From Azoarcus sp. (lineage in GTDB: Bacteria > Pseudomonadota > Gammaproteobacteria > Burkholderiales > Rhodocyclaceae), in the NCBI GenBank assembly GCA_031277415.1, contig JAITMK010000132.1, positions 3,977 to 67,976 on the forward strand: DNA of 64,000 bases. Reading direction: 5' to 3'. Each line of letters starts with the position of its first letter. Position 1 is the first letter of the stretch. This document shows positions 37,746 to 47,806 of this stretch, one piece after another. Below the pieces are notes generated by a model. It did not search any database, was not told the DNA's origin, and saw nothing but the letters and a program-made list of their open reading frames with translations. The translations under genes and the position numbers were made by a program.

Positions 37746-40047
37746 CCCACGGCTCCGGAACTTCATCATCTGAAGGTATTCTGCCAGGTCTTTCTGGCGT
37801 TTTTATTATTGTTGCACTCATAACGTTTTTATGTTTTGTTTTATCAAGATAATCCCTATATTCTTTAGCAATATAACGCATATTTGCATTCGGGTTAATA
37901 CTTTTTATTTTCTCAACAAAGTCAATAGGAATTGAAGAAATGCGCACTTCACGACCATCATCTAGTTTAATATAAAGATTTCCTTGTTCTCCTTCAGATA
38001 TACCCTTATAAAATGAAATTTCATTATCAGGCGAAAATGTATCACGCCTCATTACTTTATCATCAACAATTCTATTTAGAATTTCATCAAGATCTTTTCC
38101 TGTCGCTGTCCGCCCATTAATTGCTTTAAATTCATAAATTTCTTCCTGTACTCTGTACATAAATTCTATGAATTCCGGCTTCTCTTTTTCATTCTTTTCA
38201 GGCTCTTCGTTAAGTATTCCAATCTTTCTTGCAGTTCTAACAACAAGATTAATATGTGACAACAATTCTATACCTTTATTATTATCTTTATTATCATTGT
38301 TATTATCTTTATTATCATTGTTTATAAGATTTGCGCGCAACTTGGTTATTTCATCAAACTTGTTTCCAAGCCTTGATTTCAGGTTCGTCATTTCTGCATC
38401 AGTCAAGCTTCTCACAACATCATGGTTGGTGATGAGATGGACGTAAATTGCAGGATCTGGATCAGTCGGTCCTTTACGTAGCGCCTCTATCTGGCTCTTT
38501 ACTGATGACCTGTCCGTCTCGTGAATAGCCTCCCTGATAGACATGGGTAGTTCGTCGAACTTAAGCCCGGTTTGCTCGGAGTATCGTATCGCTGCTGCTT
38601 TTGCTTCTTCTCGCTCTTGCTTGACAGCATCATTCTGCGCCGTGTGCCGTTCTTTTACGTATTCAATTGCCCGTTTTCGTGCACGAGATGATAGGCCAGA
38701 AGCGTCTATATGCTCGATATATCCTTCAAGCGTTGGTCTTGCTGGCCTACCTCCTCCGCTTCCGAGTAAGCGCATGTTCTTCTCAACGTAGTCTTTCGTT
38801 TGCTTCCTGTTATCAGGCGTTCTATCATCGTTATTAAGCTGCCAGAACCAGTCGGATTCCTGTGTCCCTTGTTCTGCCTTTTTAGCCTTGGATACAGCAG
38901 CGTCAACCCACTTCTCTCCAGCGTTGTACGCTGCCCATGCCTTACCGATATTCCCGCCATACTTATCGACAAGTGCGGCAAGAAGCTCACTGCCTACCCG
39001 GTTATATTCTTCCGGTGTATCGTTTTGCGCTGGCTTTATACCGTGCCCAGGTTTTTTAGCCGTATCCGGCATGACCTGCATTTTGTACATTGCGCCAACT
39101 GGTGATCGCACAGGCTGACCACCTTCAATAAAATCCCTGTTACCGCTTTCTGACTGAGCGGTAATATTAAGCACCCTATCAAAATCGTTAGGTTTATACG
39201 CTTTCTCTCTATCTGAAATAAGAGTACTACCGAAAGCAATTCCTTTTTCATCCTCAACGAAATTAGATAAGGTGATATTATCCTTTATCTTATGCTGATG
39301 CTCCATGCCGCCATTGAACTGGTTGAAGTACGCAACCGCTCCGACCAAGTCGCCTTCATCTATCATCGCATTCAGGTTGTTCGAGTGCGCAGCAGAGACA
39401 ACGCCCTTCGCCTTCCTTCTCGCCTCGTCAATGTGCATCCCTGTGATAGACGAAAACCGCTCCGCCTCTTCAATGGCGCGTCGAGAGGCAGTTTCGACCG
39501 CTTCCGGGTCATTCCTCAACGCGATGATCTCGTCCGCAGCCTGCGCGATAATCGCCTGAGAGGCGCTTGCTTTCCACTTCTGCGCCTCGTTGTGCTCATG
39601 GCGCATCGCGCCCTCTTTGAAGCGCAAGAGTTCTTTTTGCTTGAACGCCTCGAAATACGCTCGCTGTCTGTCGTTTCCGAGCCCTCTTGAAACCTCAGCA
39701 CTGAATTCATCAAGGCGCTTCGTGTATTCATCAGAGAGTGCCTTACCCTCTTTTGGCAGCGCTGCTGCACCTTGCAGTGCGCCATATCCGTCCTGGCCTA
39801 ACTGCAATTCTATGGCCTTTTGCCGCACCTCTCGCGCTGCGTCATCCAAGCGCAGATTGTCCATTTCGTCACGGCGCTCATTTTCAATCTTGAAGAGCGC
39901 ACGCCCTGCATCGGTCATCACGCCCGCAAGCTGTGCATGTTGTGCAGATGGGTCTACGGACGGTACAGCAGCATGAAACCGGTTAGCTGTAGGTTGATTC
40001 AGCCCGACTGACGGCGCGTTATCGTTATAGGTGGGTACAGTTGGCAT
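37729..40047 (-). CDS. Internal virion protein with lytic transglycosylase (SLT) domain
   Basis: MPTVPTY start typical of this family; AQSES, MQVMPDTA, AYNAGE SLT motifs. Confidence 0.8.
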   Translation of the reverse strand: MPTVPTYNDNAPSVGLNQPTANRFHAAVPSVDPSAQHAQLAGVMTDAGRALFKIENERRDEMDNLRLDDAAREVRQKAIELQLGQDGYGALQGAAALPKEGKALSDEYTKRLDEFSAEVSRGLGNDRQRAYFEAFKQKELLRFKEGAMRHEHNEAQKWKASASQAIIAQAADEIIALRNDPEAVETASRRAIEEAERFSSITGMHIDEARRKAKGVVSAAHSNNLNAMIDEGDLVGAVAYFNQFNGGMEHQHKIKDNITLSNFVEDEKGIAFGSTLISDREKAYKPNDFDRVLNITAQSESGNRDFIEGGQPVRSPVGAMYKMQVMPDTAKKPGHGIKPAQNDTPEEYNRVGSELLAALVDKYGGNIGKAWAAYNAGEKWVDAAVSKAKKAEQGTQESDWFWQLNNDDRTPDNRKQTKDYVEKNMRLLGSGGGRPARPTLEGYIEHIDASGLSSRARKRAIEYVKERHTAQNDAVKQEREEAKAAAIRYSEQTGLKFDELPMSIREAIHETDRSSVKSQIEALRKGPTDPDPAIYVHLITNHDVVRSLTDAEMTNLKSRLGNKFDEITKLRANLINNDNKDNNNDNKDNNKGIELLSHINLVVRTARKIGILNEEPEKNEKEKPEFIEFMYRVQEEIYEFKAINGRTATGKDLDEILNRIVDDKVMRRDTFSPDNEISFYKGISEGEQGNLYIKLDDGREVRISSIPIDFVEKIKSINPNANMRYIAKEYRDYLDKTKHKNVMSATIIKTPERPGRIPSDDEVPEPWDGKPR

Positions 40048-40061
40048 AAATTACGCCTCGA

Positions 40062-40205
40062 TCATTTTAATGCGCTCACAAGCGCACTAATTAAGTACCC
40101 AGTACCAAACATTGCGAAAACCAGCCATAGGAGCAGGAATTTCCATGTAGAAAGCTTCTCTGTCATACCCATCAATTCCTTCAAGGATTTGATAAAATTA
40201 ACCAA
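40062..40205 (-). CDS. 47-aa membrane protein (moron)
   Basis: AAGGAG 6 nt before TTG; hydrophobic FLLLWLVFAMFGTGYLISALVSAL; AT-rich. Confidence 0.6.
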   Translation of the reverse strand: MVNFIKSLKELMGMTEKLSTWKFLLLWLVFAMFGTGYLISALVSALK

Positions 40206-40282
40206 GTTCTTCTCCTTGTCTCCTTCAAGGGGTTGATACCAGAGAGCCTTATGTGTTTGCAGCACATGAGGCTTTCGTTTTA
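40205..40282 (+). ncRNA. Candidate cis-antisense (sar-like) RNA
   Basis: TGnTAAAAT extended -10 at 40190-40198; hairpin 40245-40273 followed by TTCGTTTTATTT; complementary to RBS/start of 40062-40205 ORF. Confidence 0.5.
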
Positions 40283-40286
40283 TTTG

Positions 40287-40907
40287 TCACCACCTTCTAA
40301 AAAGACCTTCGCCAAAACCGCTTGGCGGGATGATCCCAGTGCCGCCATTCATACCAATAGCGGGCTGGCTACCGCCAGAAGCAGTGATGGACGAAGGTGT
40401 CGTGTTTTGCGGATTCAGCGCGTACCAGCTTGCAGCAACCTGTGTCGCGCCACCGAGCAGCGACGTAATGCCTGCCATCGCAGGGCTTACAGCGCCAGCA
40501 GACGAAGATAACGCGCGAGATTGCGCAACGTAGTTCATTCCCTCGACGCGATGCCCCCACGCGCTCATGTCCGCGTTGTAGAGGATAGTCCCCTTATCGA
40601 TGTCTTTGAGCAGTTCCGCGTCAGCAAGGGTCTGTCTGTCAATCTTTGTGCCGCTTGCACCCATCGCCGCGCGCTGCTTCCCCATCAACTGACCAGCGCG
40701 CATCGTGAGTTGCATGACTTGATGCTGGCCTTGCATCATCGCGCCCTGTGCGGATAGCTCAGAAAGTCGCGCGTTGATTTCCGCCATTGCGGATTGATGC
40801 TTCAGGATATTTTTTTGATTTTTTGCGCTAATGTACGATGAGAACGCGCTATTGATTGCGCCCAACCCCATAACATACGGCGAATAATTTGTTGTCATAT
40901 TATCCAC
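40287..40907 (-). CDS. Internal virion protein (T7 gp14-position)
   Basis: Ala/Gly-rich, QRAAMGASG motif, position after tail tube genes. Confidence 0.7.
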   Translation of the reverse strand: MDNMTTNYSPYVMGLGAINSAFSSYISAKNQKNILKHQSAMAEINARLSELSAQGAMMQGQHQVMQLTMRAGQLMGKQRAAMGASGTKIDRQTLADAELLKDIDKGTILYNADMSAWGHRVEGMNYVAQSRALSSSAGAVSPAMAGITSLLGGATQVAASWYALNPQNTTPSSITASGGSQPAIGMNGGTGIIPPSGFGEGLFRRW

Positions 40908-42951
40908 CTACCGATACTTCAGCGACGATATTAGACAGCGTAAGAGGTAGCGGGTCACGTTGCTGTACGACAATTCGGCCATGCTCGCCCCATGACGGAG
41001 ATAGGAGTAGATCAATCTCTCCCGTCCTGATCCGTGGCGGCGACCCCATCGGTTCATCTGTCCTTTGTTTGTACATAACAAGTTCATCAGCAGACGGACC
41101 CGCCCAAATACCGGATGATCGAACCGTCCTGAGTTTCACCCTGTTCACATTCTTCGTCCTGCCAAGGCCAAGCGCATGATCTATCTGCGCGGCAATCGGC
41201 AAGGTTTCAATCTCTGAAACGTATGGGAGCCCGATGTGAACGACGCTTGCCGGGTAGTCAATCGTCACGCTACCGCCTGTGACAATTTTTCGCGGAAAGA
41301 CCTTTCCATCCCCAATGATCGATACCTCTTCTCCCTCCAGATGGTCAAGACCTATAAATACATCCTCTGGTTCACCCCTATACGTAAGACCAGAATCAAC
41401 AAAAAAAGCATCTTCAAGGCTATTGAACATCCGGTCTTCAAGACATTCGACGTACCTTACCGTTTGCCCGTTTATTTCACGCCGGACAATCACGTAAGTA
41501 ACATCGCGCTCTTCTTCTGCTACAACACAAAGCGACTCGAAATCTCCCTTTGTCTCATGAACATGCCATGCTGCGATCTGTTGTTCTGGGATGTATGTCA
41601 TCCCAAGCATAACGCCTGACACCATCACGCAGAAGGCTACAGGTATCGGAGCTTTTGAGAGCGCCATCACGCTGATATAGTCATGTTCGAATAGATGCGA
41701 AGCCCTGAGTGAGATATCTGAATTTTTCCACCCGTTAGCCTGCCCTCCATAGCCAAGCTCACGAACATGTCCACCTCGCGAAGCGCTATACAGGATGATA
41801 TTGTTCACCACAATCGGGCGAACTTCTGATGATCCTTCGTATGCCTGCGGAATAACATTGAAAGATGTTTGCGTTATCGCGTCGCTATTAACAGACGTGA
41901 CGATGTATTCAGCGCTTGATGTCAGAAGAACAAGGCTTGTTATTGGAACCATATGAAGGATGTCGCTCATATGGAGCGCGGCAACTTCCTTGCTTATCCT
42001 GTCGTCGTCACGCATCGGCCTTCTAAAACTCAAGGACGATTCTGTCCCGGTCTTCGTCATCCAGATTCGCTGCGGCCTGTACTTTGTGCTTGCGAACGCA
42101 CGACGTTGCTCGAAATAGGTTGTCGTCCTTGGGTAATTACCGTTTCCAGAAAATACGTTTTCGTATATCGGCGGCGTCATCGACATGTCAGGAGAGATAT
42201 TGTCATCGATGATGGATAGCTCGCCATTCGTCTGCCCGATATACCCTAGTAGCCCGGCTTTCATCTTGTACACAAAATATTGTGTCGCGCCAGAGACTGC
42301 CTGCCATGAAATGATGTTTGATGCGCCATTTTCGAATAGGTTGCCGTTCACCTTGGTTATTACAGAAGCAACGGACTCGTATCCGTCTGAGGTTGCCGCT
42401 GTTACCGCATAAGCTATTTCAAACTGTGTTCCTGTCTGGTTCAATTTCTGCACTGTCGGCGCAGGTGGCGGTAAGATTGTCGGCGAGAAAATGATTGCCT
42501 CAATCCTCCAGTCTGTCGCGCCGTAGCGCCTCAACTCCATCGGCGGGTAGTTCTGATGAACCAATGTCAGCACGTCCTCTTTTTGGACGTACTGAAGGTT
42601 CATCAGGTCACCTTCCTGGTACGGTGACGCAATTTCGTAGGGTTCACCATTTGAACCAAGTAGCGTTTTCGCTTGCGTGTGGAATCTGAAGTACTGGTGT
42701 CCAGCCTCAATTGCCATCGTCTGCGTCAGAGAGAACGTAAACGGGATCATCGCCGCGCGCCGGTCGTTGTATTTCGCAGGACGAACAAACCGCAGCCCTG
42801 CCCTATTCTCTACGGGCCCTTGAGGTCTCACAATGAAGTTCACGCATTTCGCTAAACCTGATTGATATTTCGCATCATCCGGGCGACCAGACATTTCAGG
42901 ACTGACAACACCACCTGAAAACGAAAGCTGAACGGTCCTGATCGACGGCAT
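40900..42951 (-). CDS. Tail tubular protein B / nozzle (T7 gp12-like)
   Basis: SFSGGVVSPEMSGRPDD, YFEQRRAFA, IAAWHVHET, VHIGLPY, QRDPLPLTL. Confidence 0.85.
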   Translation of the reverse strand: MPSIRTVQLSFSGGVVSPEMSGRPDDAKYQSGLAKCVNFIVRPQGPVENRAGLRFVRPAKYNDRRAAMIPFTFSLTQTMAIEAGHQYFRFHTQAKTLLGSNGEPYEIASPYQEGDLMNLQYVQKEDVLTLVHQNYPPMELRRYGATDWRIEAIIFSPTILPPPAPTVQKLNQTGTQFEIAYAVTAATSDGYESVASVITKVNGNLFENGASNIISWQAVSGATQYFVYKMKAGLLGYIGQTNGELSIIDDNISPDMSMTPPIYENVFSGNGNYPRTTTYFEQRRAFASTKYRPQRIWMTKTGTESSLSFRRPMRDDDRISKEVAALHMSDILHMVPITSLVLLTSSAEYIVTSVNSDAITQTSFNVIPQAYEGSSEVRPIVVNNIILYSASRGGHVRELGYGGQANGWKNSDISLRASHLFEHDYISVMALSKAPIPVAFCVMVSGVMLGMTYIPEQQIAAWHVHETKGDFESLCVVAEEERDVTYVIVRREINGQTVRYVECLEDRMFNSLEDAFFVDSGLTYRGEPEDVFIGLDHLEGEEVSIIGDGKVFPRKIVTGGSVTIDYPASVVHIGLPYVSEIETLPIAAQIDHALGLGRTKNVNRVKLRTVRSSGIWAGPSADELVMYKQRTDEPMGSPPRIRTGEIDLLLSPSWGEHGRIVVQQRDPLPLTLSNIVAEVSVGG

Positions 42952-42953
42952 AA

Positions 42954-43547
42954 TTAGCGCCTCGCTCTAATCCAAGGTGCTTCATCAGTGATCTTTTGAT
43001 GCCCTTGGTTTGCGTCGCTGGCTGCTGCAATCGACAATGCAAGCTGGTACGCCTGCAAACATCGCTTTGCGTGCTCTGCGCCCGTTCCGCCCTTGTAGAT
43101 CGCTCCAGCAAGTTCTGAGGCAAGCAGCCATGCCAGCGCATCAATGGCAGCCGGGGGGTATTTTGTGGTGTCCTCTTCGCGTCGAATGAACAGCATGAAC
43201 GCGCCTTCTGCGTTCGTCATGACGATGTTGCCTTCTATCGCGTACTCTTGCCTGACATCCATTACGCCCTGCACGCAATACACTTCAAGGCAGCGTATGA
43301 AATGGTTCGGCAGCGCATACGACATCGACCATTCCCCAGGCTGATCTTTCGCCTTCAGTGCAAGGCGATCCCGCGTTGTGGCAAATCCCCAAGCGTGGTG
43401 CTCCAGAAACCTGTCTCTGGTCTGTGCGAAAAAAGCCGCACACAGATAAGCTTGCGTAGATCCTTCTGGCGGATCAATTGAGGAGACGTGCGCCGCTTCG
43501 CCGAGCCTGCTTAACGCAAGATTGCAGATTTCGACGGGCGACGCCAT
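42954..43547 (-). CDS. Tail tubular protein A / adaptor (T7 gp11-like)
   Basis: VEICNLALSRLG, HAWGFATTR, LAWLLASELA. Confidence 0.82.
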   Translation of the reverse strand: MASPVEICNLALSRLGEAAHVSSIDPPEGSTQAYLCAAFFAQTRDRFLEHHAWGFATTRDRLALKAKDQPGEWSMSYALPNHFIRCLEVYCVQGVMDVRQEYAIEGNIVMTNAEGAFMLFIRREEDTTKYPPAAIDALAWLLASELAGAIYKGGTGAEHAKRCLQAYQLALSIAAASDANQGHQKITDEAPWIRARR

Positions 43548-43559
43548 AGAACACCTCCA

Positions 43560-43733
43560 TTAATTCTTTTGGCGAGATTCTTTCTCGGATGTTTTGGCTT
43601 CCTGCTCTTGTTTTTGTATTGGTGCGAACCATGAGGCGGTTTCACCGTCCTTCACATCGAATACCTCAGTATTCTTTCCAGGCTCTCGCAAAACGCCGCC
43701 GTAGTATCCTTTTTTGATCGCTCTCACTTTCAT
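43560..43733 (-). CDS. Small virion-module protein
   Basis: MKVRAIKKGYYGGVLREPG...FDV...ASWF; GAGG RBS; conserved position. Confidence 0.6.
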   Translation of the reverse strand: MKVRAIKKGYYGGVLREPGKNTEVFDVKDGETASWFAPIQKQEQEAKTSEKESRQKN

Positions 43734-43740
43734 GGCTTCC

Positions 43741-44151
43741 TCACGCAGGCGGGATCTCTTCGTTGCCGGTTGTGAAACCGGCGGTGACTGTACCGGCGGT
43801 CGGCGTGCCGCCAGTGGCGGTGTACTGCGCACGCAGATAGCGTTTCGTCACACCATAAGGCAACTCACGGTAAATAGCGCGAGACCCTGCCGTAACGCCG
43901 TTGAACGGTATCGTTGCCACCGTGACAGGCGTAGTAAAGGCTTCCGTGTCTGAGGTTTGCAGTACGAGGTTCATACCGGTTGCGCCGATGATGTTCGCCG
44001 TCACCTGCGCAAGAAATGGAATACCGTTCCATGCCTTGTCGAAGGTTCCATCCAGCGTCGATCCGAGATCGATGATGTTCTCTGACGTGACCGTCGCAGC
44101 GGCAATCGTCTGGTTGTAGGAAAGGCTGTTTTGTTTGCTCATGATGGTCAT
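43741..44151 (-). CDS. Capsid cement/decoration protein (Bbp16-like)
   Basis: SENIIDLG, RYLRAQYT..G..TAGTVTAG; follows capsid gene. Confidence 0.75.
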   Translation of the reverse strand: MTIMSKQNSLSYNQTIAAATVTSENIIDLGSTLDGTFDKAWNGIPFLAQVTANIIGATGMNLVLQTSDTEAFTTPVTVATIPFNGVTAGSRAIYRELPYGVTKRYLRAQYTATGGTPTAGTVTAGFTTGNEEIPPA

Positions 44152-44162
44152 GCTTGTTCTCC

Positions 44163-45248
44163 TTACACAACGCGCGCTTCGGTGTTCAGAAGGGCGTCAG
44201 AGACAACGATTTCATGTTTTCGGAAAGTCTCGATCATCTGGCCTTCCACGTCGGACACAGTGGTAATCCTGCGGAAGTTATCGAACGCGCCCTTGTTGAT
44301 CTGCTGAAGATCGATTGCTTCCATCACATCCGTGTTGCAGTAGATGTAAGTGCGACCGATCAGCGCGAGCATTTCAGCCATATCGTCTTCACTGATACCC
44401 GGAATACTTCCGCGTCCCTTGTGAATTCGCCGCTTCGTAGCGAAGTGTCGGTAATACCCGTTGATGAGGAACTTGTAGATATCGACCGTACCGGCGCGAA
44501 GCGCGCTGATGTCGATGTTGGCAAGACGCACGACGTAGCGCGGATCGGCCACGTACATACCAACATTCATCTCGATGAAGTCTTTGACGCCAGGGTATTC
44601 ATTCCGGCCTTCATCGACGATTGTAATCGGCTTATCGACCGTGCCTTCTGTCGTATGCCGTATGCCCTTCATCGTTTCCTGCGGGTAGAAGCACCCCGCC
44701 TGATTCTCGCCCTGCGTAACAAACCAGATGGATGTGTTTTCGTTACCAGTTCCGCCGCAGTCGATTATCTGACTTCCCCACGGGTCTGTACCGAGATTGT
44801 TAAATCGCGGCGTCAACCCCTTAAACTGCTCCGGTGCGCCCTCCGTGTTGCCATACCAGAAACCGGATTCGAGGGTTTGAACCATCCCCTCGATGTGATT
44901 AACGCCGCTCTTGAAACGCTTGTGAACCTGCGCGTCACGCTCAAGTCTCAGGAGTGCCTGTACGTCGATTTCCCACCTATCGGCGAGGATTGCGCAAGTA
45001 TCCGTGATGCGCTGCGTCCTGCCTTTCGTCGGCGGAACACCTTGGTACAGACGCCGAAACATCGGTTCCGGCATGGACACCTGCATGTCCGTTTCATGTT
45101 TATCTCCGTTCGTCGCCTGCGTCCAGTAGGCTGTTGCGACAAACCCAGAAAGACCCGCCATCAGATTGACAAACGGTCGAACTCGTTTGTAACCATCCTG
45201 GTCTTTGATGTCCGAAATATCGGTGAAATACCCGCCAACCGTTGCCAT
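44163..45248 (-). CDS. Major capsid protein (Bbp17-like)
   Basis: FRRLYQGVPPTK, FWYGN, SIWFV, PRYVVRLANID, DALLNTEARV. Confidence 0.88.
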   Translation of the reverse strand: MATVGGYFTDISDIKDQDGYKRVRPFVNLMAGLSGFVATAYWTQATNGDKHETDMQVSMPEPMFRRLYQGVPPTKGRTQRITDTCAILADRWEIDVQALLRLERDAQVHKRFKSGVNHIEGMVQTLESGFWYGNTEGAPEQFKGLTPRFNNLGTDPWGSQIIDCGGTGNENTSIWFVTQGENQAGCFYPQETMKGIRHTTEGTVDKPITIVDEGRNEYPGVKDFIEMNVGMYVADPRYVVRLANIDISALRAGTVDIYKFLINGYYRHFATKRRIHKGRGSIPGISEDDMAEMLALIGRTYIYCNTDVMEAIDLQQINKGAFDNFRRITTVSDVEGQMIETFRKHEIVVSDALLNTEARVV

Positions 45249-45251
45249 TTT

Positions 45252-45860
45252 TTAACCTCCGTCTCCGTAAATCTGTTGGGCAAAACTCTTCTTCTCTTTC
45301 GATGGAGAGCCGCCTACAAACTTATCCTCGCTGATGCCTTTACCGACTTTCGCGAGAAATTTGATAAACCCAGGGTGATTTCCGAAGACAGATCCGCCTA
45401 TTTCTTTGACGAACGCTTCATCCGCATAGGCGCTGATCGCCTTCTTTGCAAGCGACAGAGATTCGTTCAGGTTGTCGCCGCCGAACTCCTTGTCCGCTTT
45501 GAATTCTTCAGACCACTTACTTCCAAGGCTCCTAGCCTGCCGCGCGGCAAGGCCAGACATTGCGCCTGAGAGTTTCTGTGCAACCTTCCCAGCCGCGTCT
45601 TGCGGCATATTTGCCTCGCGTGCCGCCTCCTCGAATGCCGTGCGGAACTCATCATCCGCCTGAAAGCCATCTGCAAAGGCGAAAGGCTCGTACTTCTCCG
45701 GCGCGCCCTGTGGCTCTTGTGCCTTTTCATCCGACAGATTTCCATCATCATTTTTCTGACCAAGAAGTGAGGATTTCTCGTTTCCGTTTTGTTCTTCGAC
45801 GATGCCTTCCTCGTTCTGCTGTTCACTTCCTTCGTCAATATTTGAATCGTCACTCATCAT
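45252..45860 (-). CDS. Capsid scaffolding protein
   Basis: Acidic N-terminus, APEKYE, DKEFGG, GNHPGFIKFLAKVGK..SED. Confidence 0.75.
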   Translation of the reverse strand: MMSDDSNIDEGSEQQNEEGIVEEQNGNEKSSLLGQKNDDGNLSDEKAQEPQGAPEKYEPFAFADGFQADDEFRTAFEEAAREANMPQDAAGKVAQKLSGAMSGLAARQARSLGSKWSEEFKADKEFGGDNLNESLSLAKKAISAYADEAFVKEIGGSVFGNHPGFIKFLAKVGKGISEDKFVGGSPSKEKKSFAQQIYGDGG

Positions 45861-46116
45861 TTACCCCTAAGACCTCTGCCAAAACACTCGGGAAGGCTTC
45901 TTTTATCGCTGAAAGTAGCTCTACGCCGACTGACCTTCTACCTTCTGAAAATGCAGCCATTGCTGCATCTGTGTGAAACGTTGTATGAAATACCCCGCAC
46001 GAAAACAAAATTCTTTTGAACACGTTGATACCGTGCCGCGTTGATAAGACATTGCGCAATTCATGCGCCGCTTCATCGGCGCGCAACTTAGACTCAGCGT
46101 AATTTTGCGTATCCAT
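45850..46116 (-). CDS. Bbp19-like conserved phage protein
   Basis: VFKRIL..CGVF...F.EGRRSVG motif between portal and scaffold. Confidence 0.72.
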   Translation of the reverse strand: MDTQNYAESKLRADEAAHELRNVLSTRHGINVFKRILFSCGVFHTTFHTDAAMAAFSEGRRSVGVELLSAIKEAFPSVLAEVLGVNDE

Positions 46117-46122
46117 ACTTTT

Positions 46123-46157
46123 ACATTGCCATAGCTATAAAAGCCCGTATGAACGTT
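46123..46157 (-). promoter_or_regulatory. Putative late promoter, copy 2 (capsid operon)
   Basis: AACGTTCATACGG-N16-CAATGT-N6-ATG. Confidence 0.7.
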
Positions 46158-46158
46158 T

Positions 46159-47805
46159 TCACATGCCTGCCATTTGCGTTAGCGCGTTGTCTCCGGACAT
46201 ATCCGCGCTGCTCAGCTTTGCGGCAATATCCGCGCCTTGCTGCATTGCCATCGCTTGTTTCGCGGCCTGCTCCTGCTCTGCGCGCTGCTGCCTGATAATG
46301 GCCGCCTGCGGACCTGCAACGATGATTGACGGATCAACCCCTTCCGCGTCTGATACAACATCCACCCATCTGTCTGCGTCAAACCTGTCAAGCACTTCCG
46401 GTTTGATTTCTGAAATCATTCCAAGCTTCGAGACAAAGCGATCTGTTGCGGCCAATCCGAACGCGCGCTGCGACTGCGCCAACATGGAGATGTATTCGAC
46501 GGAGAGTTCCTGTCCTTGGATCTCAGGTGGAGGCGGCGGCAGGATGCCAGCACGAAGTGCCTTCATGAAGGTCAAATTAACCAGCGGTTCAAGTATCTCT
46601 GCCTGTTGACGCTCTAGCACAGGGCCGAGCACCATCAACTTTTCGACTTCGCGCGCGCTAATCTCTCGCGCCGTTTTCTGCTGATCTCCGCCTTCTGCGA
46701 TCATGAGGATTACGTTCGTATAGAGCGCGTCATGTATGCGTTTACGAACATCCTCAATGTCTTGCAAAAGGTATGATAAATTCATGTATCGCGCATCAAA
46801 CACAGGCTGTGCAGCAGTCTGTGCGGCAGCGTTACCGAAAACTGCGCTACCGGGGCGCGTATCCAGTAAGGAATCCTTGAAGTTTGCCGGGTAGATGATC
46901 GCCGGATCTGTTTGCCAGTCGATACCCTTAGATTTGCGCAATTGCTCATGCTGGAGCTGTTTTATGTCGCCGAGAGCGTCCATTACCGGGGAATCCCCGT
47001 AGACGTCTGGCGGGCGAACGATCCAGCGCGGGCAGAGCGCTGGAAAATCTTCGTATCCAGACTCGCGCAGCACAACGCATTTATCGCCATCTCTTTCTAT
47101 GTAAACAGAGCGCCATCGCATGTTGAGGTTGTCGCGTTTTCGCGTATCCCTTCCGCGCCGTGGCTCGATAGCGTGAAGAACTGTTACCCAATAATCGTAC
47201 TCGCGCGATTCGTAACGTCGCCTGACATAGCCGCTTACATTATTGATACCGAACGTCTCGACAAGTTGCGATACGGTCATATCGAACTCGCGGTATAGAG
47301 TATCGACTTGTCCGAGGCTGTCGCACGCAAACGCATACTCACCCACTGTGAGCGTGTGATTATGTATCACTGTGCGGTAATTATCGTCGATGATGTCTGA
47401 CGCCTGACCGTATACGATTTGCTCTTCGTACAGGCTGTGTAGCGCGCGGTATGTGTTCGACTTTGCGAAGATCATGAACTGCGCCGTCTCGACCTTTGAT
47501 AACCACGTTTTGACGGCGTGCGATTCATCAAGCTCCGGCGATGAGGTTGTAAGCCTCATCCACTTTGATGCCGGGCTGGACATTCCCGCTACCATCGCAG
47601 CGGCGAGCGTCCGAACTGCGCGCGTTACTGTGTTATCAAGTATCTCGTTTGACCTGTCGCCGCCACGGTTACGGTCACTCGCGAGAAAACGACCAGAACG
47701 AGGGAAAACAAGCTTGCTTGATTGCCGCCACCCAAGCTCGTAGCTGGAACGCTCGGACAGCAATCTATGCCATCTGTTTCGTATGTCTTGAGCAATGCAG
47801 CGCAC
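46159..47805 (-). CDS. Portal (head-to-tail connector)
   Basis: AGMSSPASKW, VDTLYREF, YGDSP.MDALGDIKQLQ, REVEKLMVLGPVLER; likely GTG 47805. Confidence 0.9.
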   Translation of the reverse strand: MRCIAQDIRNRWHRLLSERSSYELGWRQSSKLVFPRSGRFLASDRNRGGDRSNEILDNTVTRAVRTLAAAMVAGMSSPASKWMRLTTSSPELDESHAVKTWLSKVETAQFMIFAKSNTYRALHSLYEEQIVYGQASDIIDDNYRTVIHNHTLTVGEYAFACDSLGQVDTLYREFDMTVSQLVETFGINNVSGYVRRRYESREYDYWVTVLHAIEPRRGRDTRKRDNLNMRWRSVYIERDGDKCVVLRESGYEDFPALCPRWIVRPPDVYGDSPVMDALGDIKQLQHEQLRKSKGIDWQTDPAIIYPANFKDSLLDTRPGSAVFGNAAAQTAAQPVFDARYMNLSYLLQDIEDVRKRIHDALYTNVILMIAEGGDQQKTAREISAREVEKLMVLGPVLERQQAEILEPLVNLTFMKALRAGILPPPPPEIQGQELSVEYISMLAQSQRAFGLAATDRFVSKLGMISEIKPEVLDRFDADRWVDVVSDAEGVDPSIIVAGPQAAIIRQQRAEQEQAAKQAMAMQQGADIAAKLSSADMSGDNALTQMAGM

Positions 47806-47806
47806 G

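Noticed and set aside
40900-40908. Extra DnaA box TTATCCACC
   Set aside because: One mismatch and coincides with a stop codon/RBS overlap
43969-43977. Fourth late-promoter motif copy (GTTCATACC)
   Set aside because: Wrong strand, partial, inside a coding region, no spaced -10
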